Shown here: positions 27,127-40,304 of the stretch, piece after piece
How positions within the stretch are numbered: the stretch's first letter is position 1
How the letters are laid out: each line of letters starts with the position of its first letter
Source of the DNA: Octopus vulgaris
Taxonomy: Eukaryota
Length of the DNA stretch: 64,000 bases
Reading direction: 5' to 3'
Assembly (NCBI GenBank): GCA_951406725.2
Contig: OX597833.1
Coordinates: 21,638,001-21,702,000, forward strand
Translations under genes and position numbers: made by a program
The notes under the pieces: generated by a model
Database searches by the model: none
What the model saw: the letters and a program-made list of their open reading frames with translations, nothing else
What the model was told of the DNA's origin: nothing

Positions 27127-28599
27127 TTTGTGGAGGCACAATGGCCTAGTGGTTAGGGCAGCGGACTCGCGGCTTCGATTCTCAGACCAGGCATTGTGAG
27201 TGTTTATTGAGCGAAAACACCTAAAGCTCCACAAGGCTCCGGCAGGGGGTGATGGTGAATCCTACTGTACTCTTTCACCACAACTTTCTCACATTCTTCC
27301 TGTTATTTTCAGCCTTGTCACGCTCTGTGTCACACTGAATCACCCCAAGAACTACGTTAAGGGTACACGTGTCTGTGGAGTGCTCAGTTATTTGCACATT
27401 AATTTCACGAGCAGGCTGTTCCGTTGATCGGATCAACTGGAACACTCGTCGTCATAGCCGACGGAGTGCCAACAATATATATATATACATATATAGGTAG
27501 ATAGATAGATAGATACACATACATATATACACACATACATGTATAAAAACACTCATATATACTCACTCTCATATGTATACATACAAATTCACAAACACAC
27601 ACAATGCCAGATGAAATTAGATGAATGACTTGTGACAAAAAAGGATAGGGATTCAATGATTCAATAACAATTTTCAAAGTAAAAAGAGAGAGAGAGAGAG
27701 AGATAAAGGGACAGGTAGGGAGAGAGAGAGAAAGAGAGGGCTAGAGAAAGACAGAGGAAGAGACAAGAAGAAAAGTGACAGAAAGAGAAAAGAAGAGAGA
27801 GAGAGAGAGAACAAAAGTGAAAGAGTAAGAGAGAGATGGGGAAAAGGAAAGAGAGACAGAGAGAAAAAAAGGAGACAGGGACATACACACAGTAAGAAAG
27901 AGAGACACAGAGAGACAGAGAGAAAGAGAGAAGTAGAGAGATCAACAATTGAAAAAAAAAAAGGAATACACCCACTTAAAACGGTAAGGTTTATTTTCAG
28001 AACAAAAAAAAAAAGAATTTTGCTAAATATATTCCTTGGTTTTTAAAATAAAAAATAAAATGAAAAAAAAAGGTAAAATCATTTATCAGAACTTCTGTAC
28101 AGATACAAGAATTGATTGCTTTTTTTTTTATCACACCTCCAAAGAAATTTCGAATGGGTTACAGAGAAAAAAAAAACGAGGGGAGGGGTTGGAGAGAAGA
28201 AAAAGTATGTTTAGCAACATTTTAAGAAAATTGGTAAACATTTTTTTAGTCAACGAGAATATTCTTCAAAACTTTTCTGGGATTGATTTATTTCTAAGGT
28301 TTTTTGTCAATAGTTATTGATACATATAGATAACCCAGACTTTAAAGTCTAATCTATACATACATGCATACATACATATTTGTGTGTGTGTTGTGTATAT
28401 ATATTTATGAGAGGGATAAGTATCATGTCACTTTGAATGCTTTTAAATACATATATTATATGTATGTATGTGCATGTTTGTGCGTGTATATGCATATAAA
28501 TATATATGCAAATATGTGCGTATTTATATATCATATCATATATATATATTACTGTTTAGGTTATAAGAATATAGAAACTTCAAGAGACATGAAATAAGT

Positions 28600-28815
28600 C
28601 ACATTTTAACAGTTGAATTTAATGTAGATAAAGCTATATAAAGAACAGCATTGTAAATATTGAGTTAAAAAACCCCTTAGCATAGGAAAAGTCAAAGGAT
28701 GCCTGTGGGATTGAACCTACAATGGCCTTTTGACTTATTCAATCCAAAGTGTTTTTAACTCAATATTTATATGCTGTTATTCATACTTATATCTGCTTCA
28801 AGTTCTGTCATTAAA
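28600..28815. mobile_element. Inverted-repeat element enclosing a tRNA-like fragment
   Basis: AACAGCAT.GTAAATATTGAGTTAAAAAAC...AAGTCAAAGG / CCTTTTGACTT...GTTTTTAACTCAATATTTA.ATGCTGTT around GGGATTGAACC. Related to 48255-48548 and 49630-49815. Confidence 0.6.
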
Positions 28816-28831
28816 AACGAAATACATACAC

Positions 28832-28888
<57 letters not shown>

Positions 28889-29184
28889 GGAGAAAGAGTT
28901 TAGCTATTTTGATAATTCATCCTTGTTAATAAGTGAATGAAAATTTCTGCACCCCTCTCTTTTGATGTCATACTATATAAAGAACAGCTTTTGATGAGTC
29001 TTCGGTAAAAATGATGATGATAATAATAATGATGATGATGATGATTCCAAGTTTTGGGTCAAGGCCAGCAGTTTTACTGTGAGGGGATAGTCGATTATAA
29101 TAATGCCATACTTCACTGTAACATTATTTTATCAGTCCTGAAAGGATGAAAGCTAAAGTTGACCTCAAAGGGATTTGAACTCAG

Positions 29185-29475
29185 TGGCACGTAAAAAGCA
29201 CCATCTGATCGTGGCCGTTGCCAGCCTCGCCTGGCCTCCGTGCTGGTGGCATGTAAAAAGCACCATCCGATCGTGGTCGTTTGCCAGCCTCGTGGCACGT
29301 AAAAAGCACCCACTACACTCACAGAGTGGTTGGTGTTAGGAAGGGCATCCAGTCATAGAAACATTGCCAGATTAGACTGGGCCTGGTGCAGCCTTCTGGC
29401 TTCCCAGACTCCAGTTGAACCGTCCAACCCATGCTAGCATGGAAAGCGGATGCTAAACGATGATGATGATGATGA
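29185..29475 (+). mobile_element. MetaSINE-like element (AGGAAGGGCATCCAGCCGTAGAAAC core, (GAT)n tail) with internal tandem units
   Basis: Core and tail recur at ~4615-4755, 12120-12290(-), 16765-16900(-), 21510-21675(-), 32320-32470 and 41075-41230. Internal GTGGCACGTAAAAAGCACCATCCGATCGTGGCC units. Confidence 0.65.
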
Positions 29476-32400
29476 ATGTAAAGAGTTGGGAAGAAATGTT
29501 GCTAAGCATTTTGCCTGATGTACTAAGGATTATGCCAGCTCCCTGCCTTATAATAATCCTTTCTACTAGCGGCACAAGGCTTCAAATTTATGGGGAGGGG
29601 ACTAGTCGATTATATCAACCCCAGTGTTTCAATGGTACTTAATTTATCAACCCCGAAAGGATGACAGGCTAAGTTGACCTCGGCAGAATTTGAATTCAGA
29701 CTGTAGCGGTAGACAAAATACAGCTAAGCATTTCGCCTGGTGTGCTAACAATTCTGCCAGCTCACCGCCTTTAATAATAGTAATAATAATAATAATTCTT
29801 TCTACTATAGGCACAAGGCCTGAAATTTGCAGGGAGAGGTTAAGTTGATTACATCAACCTCACTACTCAACTGGTACTTAATTTATCGACCCCAAAAGGA
29901 TGAAAGGCAAAGTCAACCTTGGTGGAACTTGAACTCAGAATGTAGCTGAGCATTTCACCCAGCACACAAATGATTCTGCCAGCTCACTGCCTTGTATAAC
30001 AATAATAATAATAATGATGCTTTCAAGGGCTGAAATGGGTGGGTGTGAGTGGATTACATTGAGCCCAGTGGATAACTGGTACTTAGTTCATTGACCCCGC
30101 AAACATGAAAGACAAAGCTGACCTTAGAGGAATTTGAACTCACAATGTGAAGACAGACAAAATGTTGCTAAGTAGTTTACCTGATGTGCTAAGGATTCTG
30201 ACAGCTTACTACCTTATAATAATAATAATAATCCTTTCTATTAAAGGCACAAGGCCTGAAATTTTGGGGGAGGGGGATAGTTGATTACATCAACCCCAGT
30301 GCATAACTGGTACTTATTTCATCAACCATAAAAGAATGAAAGACAAAGTCAACTTTGGCAGAATTTGAACTCAGAATGTAGAGATAAGCAAAATACCACT
30401 AACAATTCTGCCTGCACATAGCCTTAATAATAATAGTAATAATCCTTTCTAATATAGGTACAAGGTCTGAAATTGGGAGAAGGGACTAGTTGATTATATC
30501 AACGCTGAAAGGATGGCAGAATTTGAACTCAGAACGTAACAATGGGCAAAATACCGCTAAACAATTTGTCCAGTGCGCTAACAATTCTGCCAGCTGATTG
30601 CCTTAATAATAATAATAATAATCCTTTCTATTAATAAGCACAAGGCCTGAAATTTTGGGAGGCGGGGGTCTAGTCAATTAGATCAACCCTGAACTCAAAG
30701 GGCACTTATTTTATTGACCCCCAAAAGGTTAAAAGGCAAAGTTGACCTTGGCAGGATTTGAACTCAGAAAGTAAAACCTGAAGAAATGCTGCTAAGCATT
30801 TTGTCCAGCATGCTAACGAGTCTTCCAACTTGCTGCCTGATAATAATAATAATAATTCTTTCTTTATAATAACAAAAAAAGTAACAGTAATAACAACAAT
30901 AATATCTGCAAAAACTCGGGTAGTCTGAAAAGAGAATATTCAGTTGTTTAGTCAACTATCCAACCTGCTCAGTAAGTGGCTGAGTATTCCACAGACATGT
31001 GTGCTCTTAACATATTACTCAAGCAAAATCAGTGTGACACAGTCTGGAACAAAGCTGGACCTTTGAATTACAGGCTTCTGAACAGTTTCCTTCATTTACC
31101 CAGTTATACAATAAAGTCTTGGGGAAGGGGGAAAAGTATTTCTAATGGAATAAACCCTAGAATATTCCTGGTACTTATTCTAACAACTGACAGTTAGGCC
31201 TCCTAAGTTATTGCTTGATCTGGTAGAAACAGCAGCTAAATCACCCAAAAACATACTCAATTGTCTTGGAAAAAAAAAGGAAGAAAATACATGGGTGATG
31301 TACTCCAAGCGACCCTTCCAGAAAACCACCAAGATGGTTATGGCCAGATTGCATTTGATTATAGGATTGTTTGATTAAATTTGACCCGAGACTATAAGTA
31401 ACAGCTCAAGAAGAAAGAAGGGCAAAGCTAACAACATAGGTGGAATTTGAACTGTGGAATCTTAGGGATTTAACACAGATCCCCCTCCCCACTACCTCTA
31501 TTTTGATATCACACAATACAAAGGAAAGCTTCTGATGAGTCTCCAGATTTAATAATAAGGATTTCAAATTTTGGCACAGGACCAGCAAATTTGGGGCAGT
31601 CAAAGTCGATTACATCAACCCCAGTGCATAAACCAAAAGTATGGAAGGCAAAGTTAACCATGGCAGAGTTTGAATTCTGAAAGTAAAGGCAGACAAAATG
31701 CCACTAAGCATTTCACCACACATGCTAATGATTCTGCTAGCTCACCGGCTAAAAGTAGATTTCAGCAGGATTTGAACTGAAATTTCAAAAACCCGGAAGA
31801 AATACTGTAAAGAGGTTTTTTTTTTTACCTTTTACTATAACAAGTTTACCAGCTCACTCGTAACTTCCAGATCTAATAATAATAGTAATAATAACCCTTT
31901 CTACTATAGGCACAAGACCTGAAATTTGGGGAAGGGGGATAGTTGATTATATCGACCCCAGTGTTTCACTGGTATTTAGTTTACTGACCCCGCCGATATG
32001 ATGAAAGGCAAAGTCAACCTTGGCAGAATTTGAACTCAGAATGTAAAGATGGATGAAATACCATTAAGCATTTGACCCAGCATGCTAACAATTCTGCCAG
32101 CTCTCTGCCTTAATAATAATGGCTTCAAGTTTTGGCACAATGCCTCTGTGTCTCTATCCAGCAAGAGAATTCATATATTTACATTTCAGCATACACTTAT
32201 ATTCCTCAATATTACACTCCACTCAATTGAGGGCATCTGGTCTTGCAAGTACTTAGCAACCTCACTCATGCTGGTGCCACAAAGAAATAAAAAACAAGAA
32301 AGTATACAGTACTCTCTGTAAAGTGGTTGGTATTAAAAAAGGTATCCAGATGTAAAAACTGTGACAAAAGAGACACTGGAGCTCAGTACAGCTCCCCATT

Positions 32401-34210
32401 CTACCGGTTCTTGTCAAACCATCCAACCCATGCCGGCATGGAAAGAGGGATGTTAAATGATGATGATGACAACTGTAATACATTTTAATCCAATACTCTA
32501 GAATGTTGATGATTACTGATGATGACGACGATAATGGCAACAATAACAATTATTACTACTACTACTATTATTATTTCTAATTTAGATACAAGACTAACAA
32601 TTTTTAGGGGAGGGTGTCAGTTGATAATACTTGACTGGTACTCTATTTTAAACCCGTACCCCCAAGGATAAAAGGCAAAGTTAACCTTGGCAGGATTTGA
32701 ACTTAGAATGTAAAGACCTGAAAGACATGCCATTCAGCATTTTGTCTGGCATGCTACCAACTCTATCAGCTCACTGCCTACATGATAATAATAATAATAA
32801 TAATCTTTTCTACTAAAGGCACAAGGCCTGAAATTTTGGGTGAGGGGACTACTTAATTTGAGTGATCCCCAGTGTTTCACTGATACATAATTTATCAACT
32901 CCGAAAGGATAAAAGGCAAGATCGACCTCAGCGGAATTTGAACTCAGAACGTAAAGTCAGACGAAATACAGCTAAGCATTTCGGCCGGTGTGCTAATAAA
33001 ATAATGGTTTCAAGAGTTTTGCCACAAGGACAGCAATTCGGGGGGGGGGGGGAGGGGACGAGTCACTCGTTAGGATGAAAGACAAAGTTGAGCTTGGTGA
33101 AATAATAATAATAATAATAATGACTGTTTCAAATTCTTGTACCAGGCCAGCAATTTTTGAGGGGAGACCAGCTGATATCATTGATTGTAATACTTGATTG
33201 GTACTTTATTTTATTGATTCCTAAAAGATTTAAGATAAAGCTGACCGAGGTAGGATTGTAAATCAGACCCTAAAGAGCTTGAAAGAAACCACAAGTCATT
33301 TTCTTCCATGCTCTCCAATTCACAAAATTTGTTGCCTTTAATAATAACAATAACAATAACAATAATAATAATAATTATTATTATTATTATTATTATTATC
33401 TTTTCTACTAAAGGCACAAGGCTTGAAATTTTGGGGTAAGGGGACTAGTCAATTACATCATCCCTGAAAGGGTGAAAGGCGAAGTCAAGCCTGGGGGAAT
33501 TTGAACTCAGAACGTAGCGGTAGATGAAATACTGCTAAGCATTTTACCCAGCATGCTAATGATTATGCCAGCTCACCGCCTTTATAATAACAATAATAAT
33601 CCTTTCTACTGAAGGCACAAGGCCACCAATTCTAAGGGTTGACCTTGACTGTAAGCGAATTCAAAACATAAAACCAGAAAACATGTTGCTAAGTGTTTCA
33701 AGTAGCGTATTAACGATTCTGCCAGCTTGTCGCTTTAATTGATCTTGGCGAGATTTGAACTCAGTAAGTAAAGAGTGAATAATAATAATGATAATAACTG
33801 TTTCTAATAGAGGCACAAGGCTAGAAATCTTTGGGAACGAGCTAGTCAATTATATAACCCCATACACCAGTGCTTTTCAAACTTTTTGTTGGAGCGGAAC
33901 TACAAGGAAACATTCCACTGGCTTGAGGAACCCCTGCGCAATAACTTAATAGTTATATGCACACATATCTGCACAGGAGAATTAAAAATTACTGCCGATT
34001 TTAGCAGTTTTGTAACTTCTTGCAGAACCCCTGGACTGTACTGGCAGAACCCTAAGGTTCCGCGGAACCCCGGTTGAAACTGCCATACACATACACACAC
34101 ACACAATACTCAACTGGTACTTATTTTATTGACTCTGAAAGGACGAAAGTCAACCTCAGTGGAATTTTAACTCAGAATGTTAAGACAGATTAAATACTCA
34201 CCACCTTAAT
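29470..34210 (-). repeat. Head-to-tail array of family-A SINEs separated by (TAA)n
   Basis: Roughly 15-18 full or partial copies by eye, all in minus orientation, most bounded by TAA repeats. Confidence 0.85.
33868..34082. mobile_element. hAT MITE inserted into a SINE
   Basis: CAGTGCTTTTCAA ... TTGAAACTG ends with an exact 8-bp TSD CCATACAC (33860-33867, 34083-34090). Confidence 0.85.
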
Positions 34211-36127
34211 AGTAATAATAATAATAATAATAATAGTTAGGAACAGTAAGGATTCTAAGGAGGATGTTGGCCATTGGATATAGCTCGCTTTTTTGGTATA
34301 GTGTTGGTATAACATCTGCCAGAGCAAAAGTGCCACTGAAAATAATAATAATGTAGGTGCCCTAGGTATGATATAAAAAAAACTAAAAATAATAAAAAGG
34401 GGGATGCCAGAAACATTTAGACAACATCCCAGGAGAACCATGTCTCAGAGAAATCCAGAAGATTGTGCTGACAAGTACTGCCCGCATGCTTAGAAAAACC
34501 CTATCAATTTAAATGTCTGGAGGTATTTTGCTACTGCCCCTGCCACTTACTCTCCCAAGGCTTTCAGTTATACCATAATATCTCTCATCCTTCACTTGCC
34601 TTAGGGCACTGGGTATGTTTCAGGACATAACTGCAACAAACATTCAAATTAAAAGTAAATACCAACAACAATAGTAATGTTTTTTGAATTGGGCTCAAGG
34701 CAGGTAATTCTGACTGATTGACTGGTTCCTTATTTTATCGAACATGGAGAGATGAAAGACAAAGTTGAAGTTAAATGATGATGATGATGATGATGAGGCA
34801 TGTAAAGAATTGGAAGAAATACTGCAAGGTATTTTGTCAGATGCTCTAATGATTCTGTCAATCCACAGTTCTTTAATTTCTAAAATGGGAGCAAGGCTAG
34901 AAACTGAGGGGAATGGGGTGGGGGTAGATAAATGGATGCAATCCACCACACACACACACCCTGTATTTAAGTAGTATTTAATACTTTGTTTTTTGCTTTT
35001 TTTTTATCAGGCCTGGAAAGATGAATGAAAGAAAAGGAGTTGAGACATTGGCAGGAATTGAAACTGAGAAAGTGAAGAGCAATAACAAGAGCAACAATAA
35101 TGAAAATCAGAGAAAGAAAGAGAAAGAGAGAAAATATGTTAAACTGAAAAAGAAAGAAAGAAAGAAAAAACAACAGATGAAACACGAGAGGATGTCCTTT
35201 TATGTTGGGCAATGTTGACAGAAGGGACAGAGCAGGAGTTGGGTAAGAAACGGTTTGGTATGGCTGCTTTGGCACTGCCTGTTTGGTCTTGCTGATTTGA
35301 CACTTATGTGACACCAGACATTGTAGTGTTTTTCTCGCCCTCTCTCTGTTTATGTACATGAGCATTATTTCTCTTTATGTGAATGAAGAGAGAGAATGTG
35401 TTTCTATCTCTCTCTCTCTTTCTGTGTGTGTGTGTGTTTGCCTCCAGTGCCGAAAAGTACTGCGGCCAAAACCAAGGCTAAATGTCTCATCAGCCGGACC
35501 AAAATGTTCAGCGTCCAAAGAGCAGCAATGCAATCGTCTCATTCCGAGCAAGGGACAGGCTTTAAGCAATAAAGTATATGGGTTCTAGTGAAACGAGGAA
35601 CACAAGTGGTGGGTTTAAGAGATGCAACAGTGACAATGGAAGAAGTTAAAAGAAGGAGAGGGATCGTAAGGGGAGATAAATGGAAAGGAGACCACAATAT
35701 CTAAATCAGCAAAGGTTTCGTTACCATAAAAACTAATTACTCAGTTTTCTTTGTTGTTTTCCTTCTTCTTTATTTTCTCTTAAATAATTTAATCCATTGT
35801 TTTTCTCCAAAAGTAGATCCAGTCTTGAAATATCCCCCAAACATGTAATTCCTCCATTCCTGTGTGCTTCTACATTAAATATGCTTCTGGCTTGTATGTG
35901 TAGACACAACTATATACATACATATATATATATACATACACACACACACACATATATACACATACATAAATATATATACACACACACACACATATATAAA
36001 GTTAACAATGTGTTATACAAACAATAGACACAGCCTGGAAACAGGACTCAATACAAGAGCAGATTCTAAAAAAGTGGTAGAGTTTGAATCAGCCATACAT
36101 TTGATGAAACTTCAAAGTTACTGTCAG

Positions 36128-36171
<44 letters not shown>

Positions 36172-36223
36172 GTAGACAAACCAAATATTTTGAGAGCATT
36201 TAATGTGTATATTTTGAAATGTA

Positions 36224-36299
36224 TTAACTGAAGAAGATTATGTGTAAGGGGATGTATTTTCTATTGTATATTACGCAAAATCTGAAACATGCATATTAA
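36224..36299 (+). ncRNA. Hammerhead motif in fold-back element (~36170-36400)
   Basis: ttaa-CTGAAGA-agattatgtgtaa...ttacgcaaaatct-GAAA-catgca-TA-ttaa, with an inverted copy of the 3' part at ~36188-36215. Confidence 0.65.
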
Positions 36300-36820
36300 A
36301 TGCTTTTGAGATAAAAGGATAGTAGTCAAAAGGTCACAGAAAAACACAACTCTTGAAAAGAAATTGAGAAGTTATGCTTTTGTATTGTCTGGCTATATAT
36401 ATTACTACTTATGGCATATTAGTGGACAGAATGTTATTTAGTTTTGTGCAGACTATCGCATTTGGCAATACCAACAAGATTGATATTGCCAAGGGCAACC
36501 ATCACCAACATAGTGACCTGTTGTATACCATAACCAGCAATATAGTACTCAAAAGAATAAAAGTATACATACGTACATATATGTCTTATTTATTATTTTG
36601 CACATTACTTAATCATTGTTATATGTTTTATCTTATATTTAATCTTTCTATAATATGTAATTTTTCTAAATGGTATAATATAATTTTTCATTATTGAATT
36701 GATTAAAGGAGTTTTTTTTTCTAATTTTTATATATATATATATATATTATATTTTGTGAAATTTGATTTAGTATTTCTAAATTGAACTTTTCCCTGTAAG
36801 TTTCGAATAATATTTCCTCA

Positions 36821-36869
<49 letters not shown>

Positions 36870-37865
36870 TATATAATTTGCTTACGTATTGCAATACTAT
36901 ATAGATTTGGTAATCAATAGCCTGAAACGGGAATTGATGAAGTGGTATCTTGTTATGAGGTAGGTGTGAGTAATGCATGTGTGTGTGTGCATGTGTGTAT
37001 AATTTGCTTACAAATACGTCTATGTATTGTAGTTAAGATTGTAAGTAAATCTGTGTTTCTAGCCTATGCTATACACATATAGTTTTCAATGGATATTATT
37101 CTGCTCTACCCAACTGTATTGAGTACTATTTTTTTTCCACATCATTGCATTTCATACTTGCTATTATCCCATACATATACATACACATATACATATACAT
37201 TCAACACACAGACATATGTATATGTATAAAATTCATCAGTAAAATATGACAAGATTTCTTTACTGTCATCACAAAATAACTTTAAAAAAACACAAACAAA
37301 AACCAATAGAGAGTCAATGGATGAAACTAGACAAAGTAGTGTGCGTAAATAGTTATCATAATAGAGAAGGTTGGCTTCCTTTGCCATAGTCTCCTTGTTT
37401 ACTTTTAAGTGGAGAAATGATGAAGAAAAGGTAATTGTTATTATCAATATCATTATTATTATTATAATCATCATCGTCGATAATCCACATGAGATTGTTT
37501 TTGTTTTGTAAAAATTCTTTTAATCAGAAAAAATAAAATTTATATATATCTGTCTATACATGTATATATATATATATATGTATGTGTGTATATGTATATT
37601 TATATAGACATGTGTGTGTGTATGTGTATACATACACACTCATACACATGTATATATACGTATATATATATACATATATAGATATCATCATCATCAATGT
37701 GTGTATGTATATGTGTGTATATATACACACACACACACACACATACATACATAAAATCATCAGATTCAAATAAATAAATGCAGTCTACTGTTTGTGTATC
37801 CAAAAACGCACACACAGACACACACACATATATAGACTGATTTTTGTCTTCCACTGGTTTGCAAG

Positions 37866-37960
37866 ATGCCTGATGAAGTGTGGGGTGGTTTAGCATGTAA
37901 AATAATGATGTAATACATTGAGTGCAAGTAATTGCCACACTATTGAAACAAGTGTAGCAT
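37866..37960 (+). ncRNA. Hammerhead motif with canonical core
   Basis: atgc-CTGATGA-agtgtgg...ccacact att-GAAA-caagtg-TA-gcat, between CA/TA microsatellites. Confidence 0.7.
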
Positions 37961-38767
37961 GAATTGAACTGTTGAATATGTATTCACCTTCATTTATTAA
38001 ATACATGTATACACACACACACACAAACATACACACATATATGTATATACTCACACACATACAGATATATATAATTGTTTTTGTTAAAATGAAAACCTTT
38101 CTTCAGAAAAGGAAAACAAAGAAAAACAACAGGCAACATCCTAAATTCATTTTAGAGAAGTAAGAATTTCCTCTTCTAGAAAGTGACAGCATTTTCAGTA
38201 AAAGATTGTGCTTTAAATTATCCATCCAGGTTTTTAACCAATGAAAATTCATTAAAAAAAAAATGATCCCCATTAAAATTAAAGAGTGCAGGCAAAAGCT
38301 GCTTTAGTGACCAGAATTGAGGAAAAAAATCACGGACAATTTTGGTTTCACCATTTTTCTTCCCCTTTGCCAGCTTTCAACATTTTACAATTTCAGTGGA
38401 AGGGAGAGAGGAAGAAGAATGGGATGTTGTGATGTTGATGCCTTTCTTCCACATCCTATCCCAGCTGCTGCTGTCTCAAACAAGGGTATTTTGCAATGTG
38501 AAGTGAGATGAGATGACGTGACGGTTTGAAACAGTGATGAAGAACACAAAATTATCTTGCTTCAACTTGACATTGACGAGCAAGAAACAACGAAATGGTT
38601 GCCATCATACTGCACACTTTGATTTTCTTTGTATTTTTTTTTTTTTACTGGTAGCAGGAGTAGGGAATTTTAATGTGGGTAGTTGCAGCCCACCTCTTTC
38701 ATTAATAATGCTTGCTACAAAATTCAAGCATTATTAATAAAAGAGTGGTGCAAACAAAACAAAATAC

Positions 38768-39014
38768 TTTATTTAACTGGAAAACGCTTAAAAGAGATCA
38801 ATCTCTTTTTTTATGTGTGTATATACTATATCCATATTATATGCAGGTATGTATCAAGCTAGTTCATTGCCAATGATTTATAGGTAGGGAAATTCAAAAC
38901 TAGAATTAACACTTTTTACTTTATTGTAATAACTAGGATGGCTGACGATGTCCTGTAATCCATATATATATATTTTCACACACACACATGCATATATATA
39001 TATATATATATATA

Positions 39015-39049
<35 letters not shown>

Positions 39050-39359
39050 ATATATATATATATATACACGTATGTAGTGGTTACTAAAGTGACAGAAGGT
39101 GCTAGTAAGCACTAACATAGCTAGAAATAAGAGTCAAAACAACTGTTAGCCACATGAGAGCACTTTAGTGACCACTATACATGTTGCCTTTTGGTTCTAA
39201 ATTGTGAATAGCCACCTTAATAATTTATATATATATATTAAGAAAGAGAAATGAAGGAGAGAAAATGAGGGAGAGACAGCAGAGTCAGATAAAGATATGG
39301 AGATAAATTTCTTTTAAAGGCAGGGTGAAGAAAAAGAGTTGTTTATATTTCTTTTTATT
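38768..39359 (-). terminator. Candidate polyadenylation signals of the ataxin-1 3'UTR (AATAAA at 39359-39354 and 38773-38768)
   Basis: AATAAA on the minus strand followed by U- or GU-rich sequence. AT-rich DNA gives many chance matches, so this is tentative. Confidence 0.3.
39075..39177. mobile_element. Small MITE-like inverted repeat
   Basis: TAGTGGTTACTAAAGTG ... CACTTTAGTGACCACTA; no clear TSD. Confidence 0.55.
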
Positions 39360-40304
39360 GTATTTATATTGGGTTTTTTTTTTCTTTGTGCTAAAAACCC
39401 CACCAAGAATGGGATAAAAGACTAAAAATTTTCAGAATATAGCAAAAAAAAAAAAACATCTTTTAAAAGTATTACTGAATGTCCAAAATATATCCCAAAT
39501 ATGTCATCTCACATTTAAAAAAAAAAAAAATCCTGTCCTCCAATCAAGGGAGATAAATAGATAAACAGAGAGAGTGTTGTGGGAGAATTAACAATTTACA
39601 TGGGGGGGAGCAAAAAAAAAAGCAAAAAAATACTTTCTTGTTTACTTTCTGATGAGAAAAATATAATCAACTTATCACTTGTTTTACTGTTTTTGTTTTT
39701 TGTTTTCTTTTGTTGCTTTTTTTTGTGTTTCTGTTTTTTTTCACCTTTCAACAATATCATATCATTCATATTAATCCAAAAAACAACTTTAGTTGTAAAG
39801 CAATCCATGGTTTCAAAATTCATATACTGTATGCATATATATATATATTTATATATACGTGTATATATTTATATATTATATATCTATATCTATATATGTT
39901 ATGTATATGATAGACAGCAATAAAACTTCATTAAATTTAACCAATTAACTTTGTTTAACACATTTGTCTTTTTTTTTTAAATTCCTTATTTGCAAATTAG
40001 CCATTTCTTCATCTTCCTCTTTCTTTAAACATCTGAGATTTTCCCTATGAAATCCATTCACCTTTCCATTTAGTCCACAGTTTTATTCCCTCTTTCTTTC
40101 GCTCTTTCTTTCTTTTCGTACCATCACCACATCTGCCCCCACCCCCACCCCCTCTTGCATTCCATCTCTACCCCTTTATTAGACTAATCAATGGCAGCAG
40201 TAAATATCACCTCATCCTTCTACTGCATGTGCACTCACACATTCACACTACCACACACACACACATACATAGACAGACACACATGGATACATCCACAGAA
40301 ATTC

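Noticed and set aside
29470-34210. Idea that the TAA-associated SINE array is mobilised by the Dong/R4 elements
   Set aside because: On their own strands the SINEs end in (ATT)n while the Dong-like ends abut (TAA/AAT)n, which is opposite polarity. I see no shared 3' tail.
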